Of a stretch of 64,000 nt of DNA, positions 47,820 to 64,000 are shown piece by piece. Each line of letters starts with the position of its first letter. Within the stretch, counting starts at the first letter, position 1. This DNA comes from Alphaproteobacteria bacterium (GTDB lineage Bacteria; Pseudomonadota; Alphaproteobacteria; MPNO01): positions 1,305,071 to 1,369,070 of the forward strand of contig OZ242200.1 of the NCBI GenBank assembly GCA_965205995.1, written 5' to 3'. Under the pieces are notes generated by a model. That model saw nothing but the letters and a program-made list of their open reading frames with translations, did no database searches and was not told the DNA's origin. The translations under genes were made by a program, and so were the position numbers.

Positions 47820-48647
47820 CTATCTCTTGTGACGGCGGCGCATGATGAGAGCGTCGCTCTTCTTCTTGCCGCGCGTCCGTTTGCCCTTGGTCGGCACGCC
47901 CCAGGGCGTGACCGGGTGGCGTCCGCCGGAACTCCGGCCCTCGCCGCCGCCATGGGGATGGTCCACCGGGTTCATCGCGACGCCGCGGACGGAGGGCCGT
48001 TTGCCGAGCCAACGGTTCCGCCCCGCCTTCGCCTTCTTGATGTTCTGGTTGTCCGAATTCGAGACCGCGCCGATCGTCGCCATGCAGCGCGCCGGCACCA
48101 TCCGCGCCTCGCCGGAGGTCAGGCGGAGCTGGGCGTAGCCCGAATCCTTGCCGACGAGCTGCGCATAGGTCCCCGCCGCCCGGGCGATCTGGGCGCCCTT
48201 GCCGGGGCGCATCTCGATATTGTGGATGATGGTGCCGACCGGGATGTTCTCCATCGGCAGCGCATTGCCCGGCTTGATGTCGACCGACCGGCCGGCCACC
48301 ACGACATCGCCGACGGCGATGCGCTGGGGCGCGATGATGTAGCTCTGCTCCCCGTCCTCGTATTTCAGAAGCGCGATGAAGGCCGAACGGTTGGGGTCGT
48401 ATTCGATCCGCTCGACCGTCGCCGGCACGTCGAACTTGCGCCGCTTGAAGTCGATCTTGCGGTAGAGCCGCTTGTGGCCGCCGCCGCGCCGCCTGGCGGT
48501 GATCCGGCCCGCATTGTTGCGTCCGCCTTTGGAGGACAGCCCCTCGGTCAGCTTCTTGACCGGGCGGCCCGTCCACAGCTCCGAACGGTCGACCAGAATC
48601 AGCCCGCGCTGCGACGACGTGACCGGGTTGTACTTCTTGAGCGCCAT
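47820..48647 (-). CDS. rplB: 50S ribosomal protein L2
   Basis: Conserved. Confidence 0.95.
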   Translation of the reverse strand: MALKKYNPVTSSQRGLILVDRSELWTGRPVKKLTEGLSSKGGRNNAGRITARRRGGGHKRLYRKIDFKRRKFDVPATVERIEYDPNRSAFIALLKYEDGEQSYIIAPQRIAVGDVVVAGRSVDIKPGNALPMENIPVGTIIHNIEMRPGKGAQIARAAGTYAQLVGKDSGYAQLRLTSGEARMVPARCMATIGAVSNSDNQNIKKAKAGRNRWLGKRPSVRGVAMNPVDHPHGGGEGRSSGGRHPVTPWGVPTKGKRTRGKKKSDALIMRRRHKR

Positions 48648-48650
48648 TGC

Positions 48651-48968
48651 CTAGACCCCCGTCGTCACGTCGATCGACTGGCCTTCGGCGAGCGACACCA
48701 TGGCCTTCTTGGTGTCCGGCCGCCGCCCGGTCCGGCCGCGGAAGCGCTTGACCTTGCCCTTCTGGCGGATGGTGTTGACCGCGGTGACCTTGACGTCGAA
48801 CAGCTTCTCCACCGCCGCCTTGATCTCCGGCTTGGTGGCGTCGAGAGGCACCCGGAAGGTGATCTGGTTGTGCTCGCTCGCCATGGTCGATTTCTCGGTG
48901 ATCACCGGCGAGCGCAGAAGCTCGCAGGCGCGGCCCTCGGAGACCCGGACGGCGCCGGTCGGTTTCAT
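48651..48968 (-). CDS. rplW: 50S ribosomal protein L23
   Basis: Conserved; ATGA overlap with rplD. Confidence 0.95.
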   Translation of the reverse strand: MKPTGAVRVSEGRACELLRSPVITEKSTMASEHNQITFRVPLDATKPEIKAAVEKLFDVKVTAVNTIRQKGKVKRFRGRTGRRPDTKKAMVSLAEGQSIDVTTGV

Positions 48969-49585
48969 GACAGCCGCTCCTCGAGATGGGCCACCGCGTC
49001 GCGCGTCAGCACCAGCGTCTCGCGCCGCAGGATGTCGTAGACATTGGCGCCCTGCTGCGGCAGCACGTCGATATTGGGCAGGTTGGCGGCCGCGCGGACG
49101 AAATTCTGATCGAGCTCCGGGCCGTCGATGATCAGCACCGAGTTCCAGCCGAGCGCCGCGATCCGCTCGGCGAGCGCGGCGGTCTTGTGATCCTCGGTCT
49201 TGGCGGCATCGAGGATGATCAGCTGCCCTTCCTCGCGCTTGCTCGACAGCGCCGCGCGCAGCGCCAGCCGGCGCACCTTCTTCGGCAGCTTGTGGGCGTG
49301 GTCGCGCGGCTTGGGTCCGAAGATTACCGACCCGCCGGCGAACTGGGGCGACCGCCGGCTGCCCTGGCGGGCGCGGCCGGTGCCCTTCTGCTTGTGAGGC
49401 TTGGCCGTGGTGCCGCGGATGTCGCTTATGCCCTTGGTGCTGTGGGTGCCGGCGCGGCGCTTGGCGCGCTGCCAGTTGACCATGCGGGCCAGGATGTCGC
49501 CGCGCACCGGGGCGGCGAAAACCGGATCGGCGAGCTCGATCGAGCCCGCCTTCTTGTTGTCGAGGGTCACGACATCAATCTTCAT
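48965..49585 (-). CDS. rplD: 50S ribosomal protein L4
   Basis: Start at MKIDVVTLD (internal to track ORF 48965..49612). Confidence 0.9.
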   Translation of the reverse strand: MKIDVVTLDNKKAGSIELADPVFAAPVRGDILARMVNWQRAKRRAGTHSTKGISDIRGTTAKPHKQKGTGRARQGSRRSPQFAGGSVIFGPKPRDHAHKLPKKVRRLALRAALSSKREEGQLIILDAAKTEDHKTAALAERIAALGWNSVLIIDGPELDQNFVRAAANLPNIDVLPQQGANVYDILRRETLVLTRDAVAHLEERLS

Positions 49586-50297
49586 CGCCGCCCCCTCCCT
49601 CGTCGGACGCAACCGCCTCGTCCGCTACCCTCACCGCGCCGGGGAACGGCACGTCGTCGGGCGCCGGGCGCTTCGTCGCGTCCGAGACCAGAACATAGCC
49701 GCCCTTGGACCCCGGCACCGCGCCGGCGATCAGGATCAGCCCGCCCTCGGGATCGGTCGAATGGATCTTCAGATTCTGCACCGTGGTCCGGGCATCGCCG
49801 AGATGGCCGGCCATCTTCTTGCCCTTGAACACCTTGCCGGGGTCCTGGCTGTGGCCGGTGGACCCATGGCTGCGGTGGCTGATCGAAACCCCGTGGCTCG
49901 CCTCCAGCCCGGCGAAATTGTGCCGCTTCATGGCGCCGGCGAACCCCTTGCCGATGCTGGTCCCGGCGACATCGACATGCTGGCCGGCGATGAAATGGTC
50001 CGCGGTCAACTCGGCGCCCACATCGATCAGCGCATCGTCGGTCACGCGGAACTCGGCCAGCTTGCGCTTGGGCTCGACTTTGGACTTGGCGAAATGACCG
50101 CGCATCGGCTTCGAGACGTTCTTCACCTTGGCCGCCCCGACGCCGAGCTGGAGCGCCGTGTAGCCGTCGCGTTCCGCCGTCTTGACCGCCACGACCTGGC
50201 AATTGTCCACCTTGAGCACCGTCACCGGCGTATGCGTGCCGTCATCGCCGAAGACGCGCGTCATGCCGAGTTTGCGGGCTATCAGACCGGTTCGCAT
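49575..50297 (-). CDS. rplC: 50S ribosomal protein L3
   Basis: Start at [16 protein letters not shown] with GAGGA RBS (internal to track ORF 49575..50327); acidic C-terminal tail. Confidence 0.9.
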   Translation of the reverse strand: MRTGLIARKLGMTRVFGDDGTHTPVTVLKVDNCQVVAVKTAERDGYTALQLGVGAAKVKNVSKPMRGHFAKSKVEPKRKLAEFRVTDDALIDVGAELTADHFIAGQHVDVAGTSIGKGFAGAMKRHNFAGLEASHGVSISHRSHGSTGHSQDPGKVFKGKKMAGHLGDARTTVQNLKIHSTDPEGGLILIAGAVPGSKGGYVLVSDATKRPAPDDVPFPGAVRVADEAVASDEGGGGDED

Positions 50298-50307
50298 CGA
50301 CCCGTCC

Positions 50308-50616
<309 letters not shown>

Positions 50617-50643
50617 TTTCTGCTCTCCGCCCCGGTGCCTGCG

Positions 50644-51834
50644 CTATTCGATGATTTGTGCGACGACGCCGGCGCCGACGGTACGGCCGCCCTCGCGGAT
50701 GGCGAAGCGCAGACCCTCGTCCATCGCGATCGGCACGATCAGCTCGACATCCATCGACACGTTGTCGCCCGGCATCACCATCTCCGTCCCCTCCGGCAGC
50801 GCGACCTGACCCGTCACATCCGTCGTCCGGAAGTAGAACTGAGGACGGTAGTTGGTGAAGAACGGCGTGTGACGGCCACCCTCCTCCTTGGTCAGGATAT
50901 ACGCTTCGGCCTTGAACTTCGTGTGCGGCGTGATCGAGCCCGGACGCGCCAATACCTGGCCCCGCTCGACGTCCGTCCGACCCACGCCGCGCAGAAGACA
51001 GCCGACATTGTCCCCCGCCTCGCCCGAGTCCAAAAGCTTGCGGAACATCTCGACGCCGGTGACCACCGTCTTCGACGTCTCCTTCAATCCGACGATCTCA
51101 ACCTCTTCCCCGACATTGATCGTCCCACGCTCGATCCGGCCCGTCACAACCGTGCCGCGGCCCGAGATCGAAAACACGTCCTCGATCGGCATCAGAAACG
51201 CCATGTCCTTCGGACGGTCCGGCTGCGGCACGTAGTCGTCAACCGCACCCATCAGCTCCAGAACCGATCCCGTCCCCGTCGCACCCTCGCCGCCCTCAAG
51301 TGCCTCAAGCGCAGACCCCCGCACCACCGGGATGTCGTCCCCCGGGAAGTCGTAGCTCGACAACAGCTCCCGCACCTCAAGCTCGACAAGTTCAAGGATC
51401 TCCTCGTCGTCAACCTGGTCAACCTTGTTCATGTAGACGACGATCGCCGGAACCCCCACCTGGCGCGCCAGGAGAATGTGCTCCCGGGTCTGCGGCATCG
51501 GGCCGTCCGCCGCCGAAACCACCAGGATCGCACCGTCCATCTGCGCCGCGCCGGTGATCATGTTCTTCACGTAATCCGCGTGACCCGGGCAATCCACATG
51601 CGCGTAATGCCGCGCTTCCGTCTCGTACTCGACATGCGCCGTCGCGATCGTGATCCCGCGAGCCTTCTCCTCGGGCGCCTTGTCGATCTGGTCGTACGAC
51701 GTGAACTCGGCCCCGCCGGTCTCCGCCAAAACCCGCGTAATCGCCGCCGTCAACGTCGTCTTGCCATGATCCACATGGCCAATCGTCCCGACATTGCAGT
51801 GCGGCTTCGTACGCTGAAACTTCGCCTTCGCCAT
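50644..51834 (-). CDS. tuf: Elongation factor Tu
   Basis: 396 aa; [18 protein letters not shown]. Confidence 0.97.
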   Translation of the reverse strand: MAKAKFQRTKPHCNVGTIGHVDHGKTTLTAAITRVLAETGGAEFTSYDQIDKAPEEKARGITIATAHVEYETEARHYAHVDCPGHADYVKNMITGAAQMDGAILVVSAADGPMPQTREHILLARQVGVPAIVVYMNKVDQVDDEEILELVELEVRELLSSYDFPGDDIPVVRGSALEALEGGEGATGTGSVLELMGAVDDYVPQPDRPKDMAFLMPIEDVFSISGRGTVVTGRIERGTINVGEEVEIVGLKETSKTVVTGVEMFRKLLDSGEAGDNVGCLLRGVGRTDVERGQVLARPGSITPHTKFKAEAYILTKEEGGRHTPFFTNYRPQFYFRTTDVTGQVALPEGTEMVMPGDNVSMDVELIVPIAMDEGLRFAIREGGRTVGAGVVAQIIE

Positions 51835-51870
51835 CTTAATCTTTCCCCGGTCTGATCCTGCTGACAGCGG

Positions 51871-53946
<2,076 letters not shown>

Positions 53947-53972
53947 GACGGGTCCGGACGGGAAGGGGTTCG

Positions 53973-54829
<857 letters not shown>

Positions 54830-55017
54830 GCCATCTCTTCCTTTTCTACCGCGCCCCGGGCGGAACATGCCGTCCGTAAACACGCGCGACCGCGGGCGTT
54901 TCCCGCACCGCGGTTGACTTGGGGTCTTCGAGATCCCGGTTCGACTTTTCGTCCCAGCTCAAACCGGAGCTGCGTCTAGGGTTCGTTCCTACCGCCAGAC
55001 CCCGAAATGAGGGCCGA

Positions 55018-55046
55018 AATATAGTGCTGCGCCCGACCCCCGTCAA
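55018..55046 (-). promoter_or_regulatory. sigma70-like promoter for the rpsL-rpsG-fusA-tuf... unit: TTGACG-17-TATATT, giving a ~180-nt 5' leader
   Basis: Read directly (plus strand aatatagtgctgcgcccgacccccgtcaa) in the 294-bp rpoC-rpsL spacer. Confidence 0.45.
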
Positions 55047-55123
55047 CCCGGAAACGCCCGGATTTCAAAGGGGTTGGGCGCATTGTTTCCGCCTTTCGCC
55101 GGGGTCTCCCGCCGGCCCGGCGG

Positions 55124-63535
<8,412 letters not shown>

Positions 63536-63559
63536 CTCTTCAGGCGCGCGGAACGATGC

Positions 63560-63680
63560 GGCGGCGGCCGCCGTCGAGCGCGCAGCGAACTTTCGGACCC
63601 ATCGGATTGCCGGCGGCGGCGCAAGCGCCCCGGCGCGCCGTCTCCGGCGCGCCGCGAGGCGCTTGCGTTGCCGAATTCGG
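63560..63680 (-). promoter_or_regulatory. Structured rplL-rpoB intergenic spacer (nested GC palindromes: CGCAAGCGCC..GGCGCTTGCG enclosing GGCGCGCC..GGCGCGCC; GCCGAATTCGGC)
   Basis: Read directly. Its position matches the partial terminator / processing site known between rplL and rpoB in E. coli. Confidence 0.35.
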
Positions 63681-63692
63681 CCTTGCGGCCAA

Positions 63693-64000
63693 CTACTTCA
63701 CCTCGACGGTGGCTCCGGCACCCTCGAGCTTCTCCTTGATCTGTTCGGCCTCTTCCTTGGTCACCGCTTCCTTGACCGCGTTGGGCACTCCCTCGACGAG
63801 ATCCTTCGCCTCCTTGAGCCCGAGCCCGGTGATCGCGCGGACTTCCTTGATGACGTTGATCTTCTTTTCGCCGAAGCTGACGAGGATCAGGTCGAACTCC
63901 GTCTTTTCCTCCTCGGCCGCGGCGCCGTCGGCCGGTGCGGCGGCGGCGACCGCGACGGGAGCCGCGGCGCTCACGCCCCACTTGTCCTCGAGCAGCTTGG
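63693..64000 (-). CDS. rplL: 50S ribosomal protein L7/L12, 5' end truncated by the window edge
   Basis: C-terminal domain [26 protein letters not shown]...[13 protein letters not shown]; the frame continues open to position 64000. Confidence 0.9.
   Translation of the reverse strand, partial: KLLEDKWGVSAAAPVAVAAAAPADGAAAEEEKTEFDLILVSFGEKKINVIKEVRAITGLGLKEAKDLVEGVPNAVKEAVTKEEAEQIKEKLEGAGATVEVK

Noticed and set aside
54940-54960. GGTTCGA T-loop-like motif suggesting a tRNA in the rpoC-rpsL spacer
   Set aside because: No acceptor-stem complement, anticodon arm or 3' discriminator could be built around it. No tRNA or rRNA signatures were seen anywhere in the window.

Overview
This 64 kb window is from a high-GC (roughly 65-70%) alphaproteobacterial chromosome and has two distinct parts. 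Coordinates for features read directly off the sequence (small ORFs, repeats, hairpins) may be off by 1-2 nt; coordinates taken from the ORF track are exact. (A) Positions 39.2-64.0 kb hold the conserved ribosomal/transcription super-operon, entirely on the minus strand and unusually compact: rplL (5' end runs off the window), rpoB, rpoC, rpsL, rpsG, fusA, tuf, rpsJ, rplC, rplD, rplW, rplB, rpsS, rplV, rpsC, rplP, rpmC, rpsQ, rplN, rplX, rplE, rpsN, rpsH, rplF, rplR, rpsE, rpmD, rplO, secY, adk. Many junctions are ATGA-type overlaps or gaps of a few nt. A sigma70-like promoter plus a ~180 nt leader sits in front of rpsL, and a structured rplL-rpoB spacer is present. The block stops at adk: the expected rpsM-rpsK-rpoA-rplQ are absent and a bicupin dioxygenase follows. 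(B) Positions 1-39.2 kb are an accessory-looking neighbourhood with mixed catabolic, resistance and transport genes. It contains a classical trp attenuator (14-aa trpL leader peptide plus intrinsic terminator) ahead of a fused trpE(G), followed on the same strand by an S9 peptidase, kynureninase, an aspartate-dehydrogenase-like gene and a COG2984-type ABC importer. It also contains a PrtD/HlyD type I secretion pair co-transcribed with an RsbW-like kinase, a fused MEMO1-AMMECR1 protein with no radical-SAM partner, and copC-copD in which copC carries an in-frame TAG at the -2 position of the signal-peptidase site. Further genes are an arsI (C-As lyase family) plus aquaporin pair, pntAA-pntAB-pntB, four Fe(II)/2OG dioxygenases (three in tandem), an EmrAB-like pump translationally coupled to an unknown protein, an MBL hydrolase, a DHDPS-family aldolase and an orphan HigA. 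Two structural signals stand out. First, a family of six 40-135 bp imperfect-palindrome intergenic repeats (REP/RIME/MITE-like); one copy abuts a start-less gene remnant and another abuts a 5'-truncated TfoX gene. Second, a ~50% GC islet (554-1010) carrying three tiny minus-strand ORFs (32, 64 and 56 aa) chained by two ATGA overlaps, followed by a strong intrinsic terminator. I saw no rRNA, tRNA, CRISPR, transposase or integrase. Most long plus-strand ORFs over the ribosomal block, and several in the left part, are GC-driven antisense shadows.
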